From Cyanophora paradoxa CCMP329 (Eukaryota; Plantae; Glaucophyta), in NCBI GenBank assembly GCA_004431415.1, contig QPMI01000538.1:1-51355 (forward strand): a DNA stretch of 51,355 nucleotides, given 5' to 3'. The notes below the pieces were generated by a model. The model saw only the letters and a program-made list of their open reading frames with translations, was not told the origin of the DNA and did not search any database. Shown one piece after another: positions 23,701 to 33,700 of this stretch (positions are counted from its first letter, which is position 1; every line of letters begins with the position of its first letter). The position numbers were made by a program, and so were the translations under genes.

Positions 23701-24860
23701 ATCTCGCTGACGGGCGGGCGGGCGGACCCGGGGGGGCGCAGAGTGCATGGCAGGGGCGGGCCAGCTCGAGGAGGCGGGGCGGGAGGCGGAGCGGGCCGAG
23801 CGGGCGCTCGCCGGCGCCGGCGCCAGCGCGGACGCCCTCCAGAGGTGCGCATGCGCGGTCCGGTCGCCCTCCCTCCAAGGCTCGACGGGCGCGCCCTGAG
23901 CCGCAGCGGCAGGGTTCAGGATCAGCGGCGCGTCATCGCGGGCGAGCTGCTGCAGCGCGAGGAGGCGAAGAAGCGGGAGGAGGCGCAGAGGCGGGAGGAA
24001 ATGGCGGCGAAGAGGAAGGAGGAGGAAGAGGAGGCGCTGCGCGCGAAGGAACAGCGGCGCGCGCAGGAGCGGCGGCAGCTGCAGCGGAAGGAGCAGAAGC
24101 GAGAAGAGGCGCGCCCGCAGGCGGAGGGAGCCGAGCGGCAGCGTGCGGCGGAGCAGCTGCAGCAGCGGAGGCGCGAGGAAGAGCGGCGGGCCGCGCAGGC
24201 AGCTGCAGCCGCGGCAGCGCCAGCGGAGACCTCAAGCCCGCCGCCTTCCGAGGCCGGCCCCAGCTCGGGCCGTTGGTCGGAGGCTGCGGCTGCGGCTGCC
24301 GCCTGCCGCTTCTTCGCGAGGGGCCTCTGCCGCAACGGCGACCGCTGCCGGTGCGGGAGGTTGGGCGGGCCGGGGCTTCGAATTCCCCCGCGCGCCCCTA
24401 GCCTCTCGCGCGGTCGTCCCGCCCCTCTGTCGACTGTTTGTTTGGCAGGTACCGGCACGAGGCGAGGGCGGACGCCGGGGCGGGGGCGGGCGACCTCGAG
24501 CCTGGGCCCGCGCCGGCGCCTTTCGCGGCCCCCGAGGGGGCAGATCCAGGGCCCGCGGGCGAGCCCGGGCCCGAGTGCGCCATCTGCCTCGGGCCCCTGT
24601 CTGCCGGCCCGCCCGCCGCCGCCCTCCCCTGCCGCCGTGCGCCCCGCACCCAAAGCGTCTCTTGCTTCTCTAATTATAATGCCTAAGATTTACCTTGCGC
24701 TTGCATCTCCGCAGACCGCTTCCACGGCCCCTGCATCGAGGCGTGGAGAAGGGCGATCGCGAGCTCGGGCGGGGCCGCCGCCGGCCGCCGCCCCTGCCCC
24801 TTCCGCTGCCCCCTCCCGGCGCGCCCCACTCGGCCCTACCTGCCCCCCGGCCTCTTCTCC
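20719..24860 (+). CDS. Multi-exon TPR/helical-repeat, coiled-coil, CCCH zinc finger and RING-H2 protein (boundaries approximate)
   Basis: TPR-like exons (VGPKHALTAACSLRLALA, LGGVHHARGDLPSAKRAY, LLGAEHRRLGSALVLLARC); CCCH CRFFARGLCRNGDRCR|YRH; RING-H2 CAIC...LPC|HRFH..CIEAW...CP; short GT-AG introns with CTGAC branch sites. Confidence 0.65.
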
Positions 24861-26334
24861 ACTCGAGCCTCTTCCCAGTAATTTATTCGCCTTTCAGGCG
24901 TTTAGCTTGCAATTGCTGCACGACAGCCGATTAGCTGACGTCTTATCGTCTGCTCTGACCTATAGCTATATATATCAAGGGGGGGTCGACTGCTTTTCCC
25001 CGCAGCGCTGGCAAACGCACAAGCACACTGCGACCGCATGTAAAGCGCAGGCTGCGCAGCCCGCCGAGCGATCGACTCGGCGACCTGCTGCCGGCGCCGC
25101 TACGGCATGCGCAGCCGCGCGCTAGATATGCAGCTGCGGGCCTAGGCGCGAACGGTACCGACAGCTTGCATGTGATCATGACCAGGACAGTCGGATATCT
25201 AGATCTTATAAATCAACCGCGCGACCCTGAGAAGAGGGCGCCGCGCGGGGGAGGGGGCGCGGCCCAGCGCGGCTCTAGCTTGCTAGCTTGGTCCTAAGAA
25301 ACCTGGTCTTGCAGCCCCAGAACGACCCTAAGAAGAGGGCGCCGGGCGGGGCGAGGCGCGATGCTCTAGCTTGGCCGGCCCGGGCGGGGGTGGGGGTGGG
25401 GCGGGGGGCGCCGCGCAGGCCGTGAACAGTTCGCATTTGGACACGTACTCAAAACGCAGGTCCGGGCTACAAGTGTGGGAATGTACACTGCGGCCGCCGC
25501 GGCCGCGGGCCCAGCCCACCAGCGAACTGGCCGGCCGGGCCCTGCGTGGCCCCCTAAGGAGAGTAATGCGCCTCCCCGCGGACACTCTGGCTAGCTAAAT
25601 AGCTACATGTGCCCGCATGCGCGGCGTGGTGCTGCATCGCGTCTTGTGGCGGCGGGGGGTCGTCTAGGGGCGGTGGCGGGAGCCCCTACAGGCCCATGGA
25701 GGGAACCCGACATGAGGTCAGCCTGCGGTGGGCGCGAAGAGGGGTCAGATCGTAATCCAAAATCAAAACAAACGGGGCCGCACTCGATCGACGAGCCTCC
25801 CACCCAGAGGAGCGCCTGCGCGGGCGGAGGACGATCAGCCGCCGAGCAGGCCGACGCTCCAGGGCACCTGCGCGCGCGGTGCGCACCTGGGGCGCGTCTT
25901 GGACGGGAGCCCCTACAGGCCCTGTGGGGGGCCCGACATGGAGTCAGCCTGCGCCGGAGGGCGAAAAAGGGGGTCAGATCGATATATCGAAAAAGCCTTT
26001 GTTTTCAAAGGGAACGGGGGCGCACTCGATCGACGTGCCTCCCGCCAAAGGCGAACGCCTGCGCGCCGAAGGGCGCAACGATGCATCAGAGGACCATCGC
26101 GGCAGGACTTCATGAAGGACCAGGGCGCAGAACGAACTGGGCATTTGCTCGAGCACGATGGATGTGCCCGAAGCCTCGCCAGGCCGCGCGGAGGCGGCCC
26201 GCCGCTGATTCTGGTGACCTGTAACGCGTGCATTCGCTGAGCATGCGGACCACGATGAGGGGGAAGACGACGGGAAGACGCCAACGCACCTTGCAATGCT
26301 GCACGGAATGGAATGTGACCGCGAAACCAGTGTT
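22617..26334. repeat. Segmental duplicate of 1-3661, interrupted by the viral insertion
   Basis: Direct sequence comparison with 1-3661. Confidence 0.95.
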
Positions 26335-26618
26335 ACACATAGTAAAATGCGGAGTTTTAACCCTCGGCTTAATCTTAATTGATTTTGTTGATATATCTCG
26401 TATATTCTATTTCAATCAATCGATAATCTGTGTATATCTTATCGAATATTCATTTATTTCGTTTATTTTGTATTCTTTTCGATATTTTATCGTAAATTTC
26501 TCTTATTTTCCGATTAGTCTTACTGAGTCTATCGATAATCTGTATATATTTCCGAATAATATAACTGAATCTCAATTAGATCTTGCCTCTGGTTAAAACT
26601 CCGCATTTTACTATGTGT
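26335..26618. repeat. Terminal imperfect palindrome/hairpin with a perfect 28-bp stem
   Basis: ACACATAGTAAAATGCGGAGTTTTAACC (26335-26362) is the exact reverse complement of 26591-26618; the interior is partially self-complementary. Confidence 0.9.
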
Positions 26619-26859
26619 GATTGGTCTAAAAGTTAATTGATTTAATCGATATTATATTCATGTACTTTCTCGATTAAATTTAATTAAATTTAATTCATTT
26701 AATCGGAAACATATCGCTAAACTCGATTAAGATCCATAAATGATTCATTTGTTTATATTAACAAATCGATCTCTTATTGAATTCAATCGTAATTATACAT
26801 GAAATTGATATGTTTTTATCATGTTTTATTGAGTCTAAGGGGGGACCCTTAGAAAATTG

Positions 26860-26962
26860 GGTGTCACAGGTGTCACAGGTGTCACAGGTCAATCCCAAGG
26901 AAAGTCCTAGTGAGAAATTGATTTTTAAAATCCACGGGATAGACCTGTGACACCTGTGACAC
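26860..26962. promoter_or_regulatory. Iteron-type origin-like element, copy 1
   Basis: (GGTGTCACA)x3, an AT-rich core with GATTTTTAAAATC, then inverted TGTGACACC-TGTGACAC. Confidence 0.6.
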
Positions 26963-27295
26963 AAACCATATTCAGTAAGGACCTCATATATTGTGAAAAT
27001 CTCAGTGTTAGTTGGTGTAGTTGATTCAAAAAATGCATTTTATACTCTGATTCATTGTTATTTCCTGTGAAATTTGAGTCAACTCAACCCACTTAGTCAA
27101 CCCTTGCATTGAATTCGTAACAAAATCCATATACTATTACTACTTTTACGATTAATATGAGTCAACCTTGAGTCCACTTTAATTATAGGGGGAATCTAGG
27201 GGAATGTTGAGTTTTACTGTAATGAAATCGAACATTATTCCAATTACTTACAATAGAATTCTATCGTAAAAAATGTCCGGAATCCGGAAAATAAT

Positions 27296-27360
27296 CATTG
27301 TATAAAGCTACTGTAGTGAAAGGATATATTATATCTTTTTGTTACAGTAGCTTATCAATG
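27296..27360 (-). terminator. Imperfect hairpin downstream of the leftward gene block
   Basis: AAGCTACTGTA...TACAGTAGCTT with further paired flanks (CATTG/CAATG), about 50 bp after the AdoMetDC stop. Confidence 0.45.
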
Positions 27361-27410
27361 TTATTGTTAGAAAACAAAGGAATCCTTTAGAAATTCATTA
27401 TAGAAACCCA

Positions 27411-27809
27411 TCAAAACGGGAATCTATCATGTTTATGTCTCTCAGTCTTCTCAAATGTTAAGAAATTCATTGTTTTATCGATCTCATCTGCTACTGATTG
27501 TGTTTTATGCTGAGCTTCTTTACCACAACTGAATATATCAATTGCTAACATGCCTTCATTGGAATAACAATGAGCTGTACAATGGCTTTCATCTAATAGC
27601 AGAACCAAAGCAAAACCAGGAGGTGATAGTTTGCCATCAAATATCTCACAGTGTTTATGAACAATCCTAATACCTTGTCTCAATATTGCTTGTTCAAGGG
27701 TTCTCATAATCCAATTACCAAGAAAGCTAACATGCTCATAACCTGTTGCTATAGCTGTTTTAGCCTTGTAATCAAGCATTACATGAAAGCCTCTGTATTT
27801 AGTCTCCAT
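27411..27809 (-). CDS. speD: S-adenosylmethionine decarboxylase proenzyme (short prokaryote-type)
   Basis: LLLDESHCTAHCY...LAIDIFSCG: ESH autocleavage (pyruvoyl) motif plus the D..SCG motif; 132 aa. Confidence 0.85.
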   Translation of the reverse strand: METKYRGFHVMLDYKAKTAIATGYEHVSFLGNWIMRTLEQAILRQGIRIVHKHCEIFDGKLSPPGFALVLLLDESHCTAHCYSNEGMLAIDIFSCGKEAQHKTQSVADEIDKTMNFLTFEKTERHKHDRFPF

Positions 27810-27838
27810 TAAGAATACCTTAGAAAAATTAATTAATC

Positions 27839-28111
27839 CTAATCGAACCTAATGCAAATATCCCTGTACTCTACTTTGATTGATGAAGTAGCCCTTTTCC
27901 TGTAAGCCTGAGAATGCTTTTTGTTGCATTCCCTACAACCTGATCCCTTCACATGATTAAAGGGATATGTAAGGATCACCTTGTTACACTGCAAACATCT
28001 AACAGATACTTTCTCTTGAGCTTTGATGTAATGTGTCTCACTGTAATCGAATTTATCTTTACCATGAACTGTCATAGCAGCATCAATAAACTTTTTTGTT
28101 TTACTATCCAT
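27839..28111 (-). CDS. Small zinc-binding protein (DUF723-like, the module found in viral homing endonucleases)
   Basis: FIDAAMTVHGKDKFDYSETHY...VRCLQC...NHVKGSGCREC. Confidence 0.65.
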   Translation of the reverse strand: MDSKTKKFIDAAMTVHGKDKFDYSETHYIKAQEKVSVRCLQCNKVILTYPFNHVKGSGCRECNKKHSQAYRKRATSSIKVEYRDICIRFD

Positions 28112-28133
28112 ACTCTATATATAACCAATATTC

Positions 28134-28970
28134 TTATGGAGCAGTATCCTGTCCAAAAATGGGGAAATATCGATTTGTGCCATAATACTCAGCATAGGTA
28201 TTCTGCCTTGCAATAAAATCGGTTCTCTCAGCATATAATACACACTTGTAGATACCAAACTTGGTGGCTCTCACTAAGAACTGATAATCTTCCAAACCGA
28301 AATTGACTCCATGATAAGCAATACCAAAATTATCATATGGGGTGATCACAACAGCAAAATTAGGAGTTCCACCCTCTACTTGGCAAACAGCATAAACATC
28401 AGGTGGAATATCAACAACTACCTTATAGTGGTCACCAATCTCAACAAGAGAGTCTACTACTGCTGTTTGTTCATTCACAACAATTGGGAATATCTTGATT
28501 ATATAGGGGGCATTCATGCTGGGGACATAGGTTCGAATTCTTGTGTTAGGATCAATGGGATTGGGTTGATCATTCACAAATAGAGGCGCTCCAACAGCCC
28601 CACCAACCCTAAGACCATCACCAATATAAGCTCCCCCCGATTTGCAGTTAATAGCTCCAGACCTAGATTCAAAAGAATAAGTAGACAGAGGATCTCCATA
28701 GCTATCTGGGTCTCCATAATGAGCAGAAAAGTTTGCATTTGTGACAAGTAGCTTAGTTGTCTTAACTATTCCATTATTTTTATCACATCTGAGTTCCTGC
28801 AATCTCAGTTTGTGGGTGGAACCAAAAGTATTCATGGTAGGTTGGACCTCTGTGGATTGGAGACCTTCCACATCATCAAAAGTAGCATGCTGTAAAACAT
28901 GGTTTGCTGGGGCAGCTAATGATAGCTGTGGTGTTATAATTCGCTCTATTGGTGTGGGTGCCTCTGCCAT
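28134..28970 (-). CDS. Putative virion fibre/spike protein, paralogue of 29538-30392
   Basis: ELRCDKNNGIVKTTKLLVTNANF versus ELRADKNSGVVKTTRLLVTNANF; GGAYIGDGLRVGG fibre-like motif. Confidence 0.55.
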   Translation of the reverse strand: MAEAPTPIERIITPQLSLAAPANHVLQHATFDDVEGLQSTEVQPTMNTFGSTHKLRLQELRCDKNNGIVKTTKLLVTNANFSAHYGDPDSYGDPLSTYSFESRSGAINCKSGGAYIGDGLRVGGAVGAPLFVNDQPNPIDPNTRIRTYVPSMNAPYIIKIFPIVVNEQTAVVDSLVEIGDHYKVVVDIPPDVYAVCQVEGGTPNFAVVITPYDNFGIAYHGVNFGLEDYQFLVRATKFGIYKCVLYAERTDFIARQNTYAEYYGTNRYFPIFGQDTAP

Positions 28971-28993
28971 TTTACATTAAAGGGATATATCTT

Positions 28994-29488
28994 TTATGGG
29001 GTTGGCTCATCAATTACATTCAAATATGCAAACTCTCCTTTAATTTCGATTGCCCGGGCATTGTATGCTCTTGCTGCGTCTTCTTCTTTTTCAAAGTAGC
29101 CAATAATAATTTGTTTATAGTCGTGTTTGATTTTTGCAAGCCATTTCTTCATTCCTTTACTCCAAGAGACACCTTTGTATTTACTGGTGGATTCTTGTGT
29201 AGTTTTGGGTTTGTTCATCTGATTCTGTGCATGTGTGCATCTCCGAAGATTGGTTTTTCTATTGTCCAACTTGTCGTGATTGATATGATCAATCTGAATC
29301 TTAGGGTCAATTTCAGACATTGCATATCTGTGCGCCCTGGTGAGTGTTTGACCAATTCTGCAATTTACATAACCTCTCGTATCAATTGACCAAGTATACC
29401 TCTCAAACCGTTCTTTATCTTCATAATCAATTTTCATAAACTTCCCATGACCTTTTTTTCCTGAGAGAGCGATTAAAGCATAATCCAT
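28994..29488 (-). CDS. HNH endonuclease with AP2 DNA-binding domain
   Basis: IDHINHDKLDNRKTNLR (HNH) and SKYKGVSW...WLAKI...IGYFEKEEDAARAYN (AP2). Confidence 0.9.
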   Translation of the reverse strand: MDYALIALSGKKGHGKFMKIDYEDKERFERYTWSIDTRGYVNCRIGQTLTRAHRYAMSEIDPKIQIDHINHDKLDNRKTNLRRCTHAQNQMNKPKTTQESTSKYKGVSWSKGMKKWLAKIKHDYKQIIIGYFEKEEDAARAYNARAIEIKGEFAYLNVIDEPTP

Positions 29489-29537
29489 GATGGTGAATTC
29501 TTATACGTTTTACCAAGCTATTTTTTATATCATTTTT

Positions 29538-30392
29538 TTATGGGGTCGGGTCATCAATAATATCTGGCTCCGCATAGAATCCGGTTGTGAAGATATCAGC
29601 AACATTTACCCCACGAAGTGCTGATACAGCTGCTATATCTGTTCTCAGTCCCATAATCATAGTATTGTATACTCCAACCTCAGTGACAAACAGATCATAA
29701 GTAAATGTCAGATTGTTATAAACACAATATCCCCGACCAAAATGGTTGGATGCTTGAACAAAGAATAGGTAATTGTGACCTTGTTGGTTATTATTTGCTC
29801 TACACATTGAGAGCATTGCTGTGGGAAGAGGAATATTCCTTCTCACTCGATCAGTTCCTGTAATGGAAACCAATTCTGAATTTTCAAGAGTGACAGATGA
29901 TGCAACATAGAAATGCAGAAAAGGTTGCTGTGCAACTGGTGTATAGAACCGAATTCTTTGTGGGTTCTCTACATTTTGTTCAAGAGTATCTGGGACATCA
30001 TTGTAGGAAACAGAGGATGAAAGCTGACCTGAAACTCTGCAACCACCACCAATAAAAGCTCCTCCTGATCTCACAGTAACAGCAGCAGTATTCTTATCGA
30101 AATCTAGGGCTTTCAGATCAACACTGTAAGCATCAGGACCTCCATTTGTAGGTTGGAAGAAGTTTGCATTAGTCACAAGAAGTCGAGTTGTTTTAACCAC
30201 ACCAGAATTCTTATCAGCTCTCAGCTCTTTAACTCGAATAATCGAATTCTTATCAAAGGAGTTACCATTGGAATTGGGTCTCTCTGTGGATTCTAATCCA
30301 CGAACCTCATCATTTACTTCATGCTGGCGAAAATGCATTGCAGGGGATCCAAGGGAATATATTGGAAGTTGAACTCGATTATATTCACCCAT
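29538..30392 (-). CDS. Putative virion fibre/spike protein, paralogue of 28134-28970
   Basis: Shared N-terminal and GGAFIGGGCRVSG motifs, shared C-terminal RTD. Confidence 0.55.
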   Translation of the reverse strand: MGEYNRVQLPIYSLGSPAMHFRQHEVNDEVRGLESTERPNSNGNSFDKNSIIRVKELRADKNSGVVKTTRLLVTNANFFQPTNGGPDAYSVDLKALDFDKNTAAVTVRSGGAFIGGGCRVSGQLSSSVSYNDVPDTLEQNVENPQRIRFYTPVAQQPFLHFYVASSVTLENSELVSITGTDRVRRNIPLPTAMLSMCRANNNQQGHNYLFFVQASNHFGRGYCVYNNLTFTYDLFVTEVGVYNTMIMGLRTDIAAVSALRGVNVADIFTTGFYAEPDIIDDPTP

Positions 30393-30431
30393 TGCTTCTT
30401 TTACTAAGAAGGAAAGAAAAATAAACTACCA

Positions 30432-30737
30432 TCAAGCCAAAGTGATTAAATTCGATCCAAGGGATTGGTAAACAGTTGAAAGAACTTGCAGGTTGGACGT
30501 CATTGCTTTAATGTTGTTATCACACTCATTGTATTTAGCAACAGGGTCACCATATGCAGCTTGAGCAAGGACATTAACCAAGAGGTTTTTATACTCATTT
30601 ACAACTGGTGAGAGCTTGTTAGTTTGCTGAATCGTTTTTTCCACTGTTTGTAATGCGTTTACAAGGGTGATTGTATCAAAAGAAAGCGCAACAGGCTCAG
30701 TAGAATAGGTGGTTCCACCAAGTGGATAGGTCGCCAT
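30432..30737 (-). CDS. Hypothetical protein (101 aa)
   Basis: Intact ORF tightly packed behind the fibre gene. Confidence 0.6.
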   Translation of the reverse strand: MATYPLGGTTYSTEPVALSFDTITLVNALQTVEKTIQQTNKLSPVVNEYKNLLVNVLAQAAYGDPVAKYNECDNNIKAMTSNLQVLSTVYQSLGSNLITLA

Positions 30738-30740
30738 TTA

Positions 30741-33700
30741 TTATACTGTGACATTTTTAATTTGGTCTATTTGACTTTGGAGATTTTCACATGTTTGTGT
30801 TAAATATTTGCATTTCTGGGATAATTCCTTTACAGCTTCTATGAGAACTGGAATTAAACCGGTGTATTCGAGAGCTAAGTAGCCATCGTCTTGTTTTGCT
30901 CTCACAACTTCTGGTATTACCTGTTGCACATCTTGCGCAATTAAACCTAATCTTGTTCCATCTTTTTCACTTCCGATTCGTTTAAAACTCACTCCTTCTA
31001 ATTTCTCTATTGCTGAAAGAGCGCCAGTTATCTTTTTAATATCGGTTTTGTATCTTCTATCGCTACCTTGTCCGAGATAGTTTCTAACCCACATGTATCC
31101 ATCATCATTTATAAATGCTACATGTGTATCCCACGTATTTCTAAATTCTACTACTGTTGTTGCATGTCCTCTAATATATGTAGTTGATGCTGAACCGAAA
31201 TATATTCTTGAATAACCTTCACTTGAAGTAATCCAAGTTCCGGTTGCCCAAGTTGTGCGTTCATCTTTACTAAAAACGTTATCCCAACTTATAAAACCAT
31301 TTGCTGGGGCTGTTCTTCCTTTTTCTTTTGTCCATCCAATCATACCAATATGACATCTCCCTTTTCTTGCAACAAATCTTACATAGGAGAATGTATCACA
31401 ATGGAAAGAAGTCCATGTTAAGCCATCATGCCAATCTGAATCGTAATTATTTGAAACGGCTTGGTAGCAATTCACCCTCATAATGTGATGCCACCTCCCA
31501 TTTCGATAGCCTCCAATATCGAAATATCTGCAATTTGTCCAACACATATACTGAACATGACATGTTTTCATATTGGCTGGGACTTCAATTTGCGCCCAAC
31601 CACCATCTGTTTCATCGCCTGAAATGTTACTATAAAATCCATCGACTGGATTTGTGTAGGTTGGTGTCCAACCTGTTGTCCAAGATCCACTAAATGATAA
31701 GCTGTAAGAACCTGTTCCACTCCAAGTATCAAAACCTGTAATGTTTCCTATCGAATTAGTCACATTTGTTAATGTAAGCATAGAAGGTTTACTATAAACA
31801 TTATCCCAGTGGATAAAACCTGTGTGACCACCATAACTGGATCCATTCCATACTTTCATAAAACTAATACCCATAATGTGAACCCTTCCAACTTTTGCAT
31901 AAATCCGAATGCGAATAAAACGATTTCCAAGATGGATTTGAACATTATTTACACCACTATGGTTACCATCTGCTGAGGTGCTATATGGGTTGTAACTGTT
32001 GACAGTTGTAATATAAATACCATTTCCTTGTCGATTAATTCCCCAAATCTCAAACAATCGACAGTTTCCCCAAGGTAAATATGTTAAATATGCTGTTCCT
32101 GTGTGTAAACCATCGGGTATATTGTATTCTATCCAAGCGGAAGAAGTTTGGTCATCAACTTCATTATTAAATGCATACCCACCATAATTATAATATGGAT
32201 CCCATGATGATCCATACCCGAAATTCCAACCAGAAGAATAATTATATGGAGAACTACCTGCAACTGAGGCATCTGCTGTGTGAAACTTTGGAACAGCATT
32301 ACCATTTATTTGGAGATTTGTAGTAGCATTTATAGTGGTTGCTGTAATGGTATTATTGACCCAAAGGTTACCATTGTCATAAGATTTTAATAATGCTGTA
32401 TCTCCTGAGTTTCTAAATTCGATAGAGACACCTTCACCATTCCCATACCCTCGAATATATGTTGTATTCCCACTACCAAACCAAAACCTTGGAATATTAT
32501 CTGTTGATTTGTGCCAGTCCACAGAGTTCACTGTCAATAGATCACCTAAAACGTTAGGGACTTCTGCCTTTGTTGCATAAGTGCCTGCAAAATCAGGTTT
32601 ACTAAATACATTATCCCAAGAGATCATGCCCAATTCATTATCTGTTGCTCTCTGTCTGCTCCAACCAAAAACACCTGTGAGATGAATGCGACCTTTTCGA
32701 CCTTGAACATAAATATATTTGTAGAATTCGCAATTGACAGAGACAAACAAGATTGTATTGTGTGTTCCATCCTGATTAACCTGTTGAATTCCCTGATAGG
32801 CATTAACTCGTTTTAAGAAATGTTGATATCCATTAGTTGTTTGTCCATAGATATCGAAATATCTACAATTATACCAAGGCATATGCTGGATATAAAACGA
32901 TTTCATCCCTGCTGGAATAAGCCATCTCATCCAACAGCCACTGCAATCAGCATCATTCTCTGGTGTGGTGTAGCAACCATTTTGCCCTGTTCTTGATGCC
33001 CATGTAACAGTCCAGTTATCTGGAGATCTGTCTGTCGAAATAACATCTAATTGGTCGAAATCATAACCTTTTGGTATTGTGGTTCCCCCAATTTGTAGAG
33101 TGGTAGCATTCACAGTTCCATTAACAGTTCCACCTGTAAGAGGTAAATAATTCCCAAGAGCTGCTGTCAACTCTGCATCTGTTGCATAGCTATTTAAACT
33201 GGCTGAGGTCAGATATCCTTTATTGTTAAGGTAATCATCTGTCACTACTCCTGAAAGGGTGGTATTGTGTAAGTTTTTGGCTGCCATCCTCTGATTGACT
33301 TCTAAGGCTCCACCTGATGTCGTTTTAACCCAAGCAATCTCGCATTTTCCATGATCATCTGTGGGTTGTCCCGCAACAGGAAGGTAGTTTACAACTTTCT
33401 CCCTTGTGAACACAATTTTAGGTCTTGCTCCATCATATGCGCTTTGATCTGTAACGTTTATTTGAATAGCTGCTGAAAAATCGGCTACTTGTCCTGTTTC
33501 ACCTGGGTGATAATTCGTAACATAGATACTGGGGAAAGTATCATTTACTCCTACATTAAAATCACCATCATAAACTCCATTTACGATTGGATCCCTGGGT
33601 AATCTTACTGCAAGAGTTCCCTCCATTGGAGTGCCTGTTTGACCTGTAAAAGTCCCATTAAGACTGACATAATGATCATTCAAATATAACCTTTCAGGTG

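Noticed and set aside
1-26334. Numerous long Pro/Arg/Ala/Gly-rich ORFs in the ORF track
   Set aside because: They arise from extreme GC content and few stop codons; the real genes here are spliced.
26335-26618. Independent MITE with 28-bp TIRs
   Set aside because: No TSD on its flanks, same composition as the virus, and it starts exactly at the insertion breakpoint. Not fully excluded.
26860-26962. CRISPR-like array
   Set aside because: 9-bp contiguous repeats without spacers, and no cas genes.
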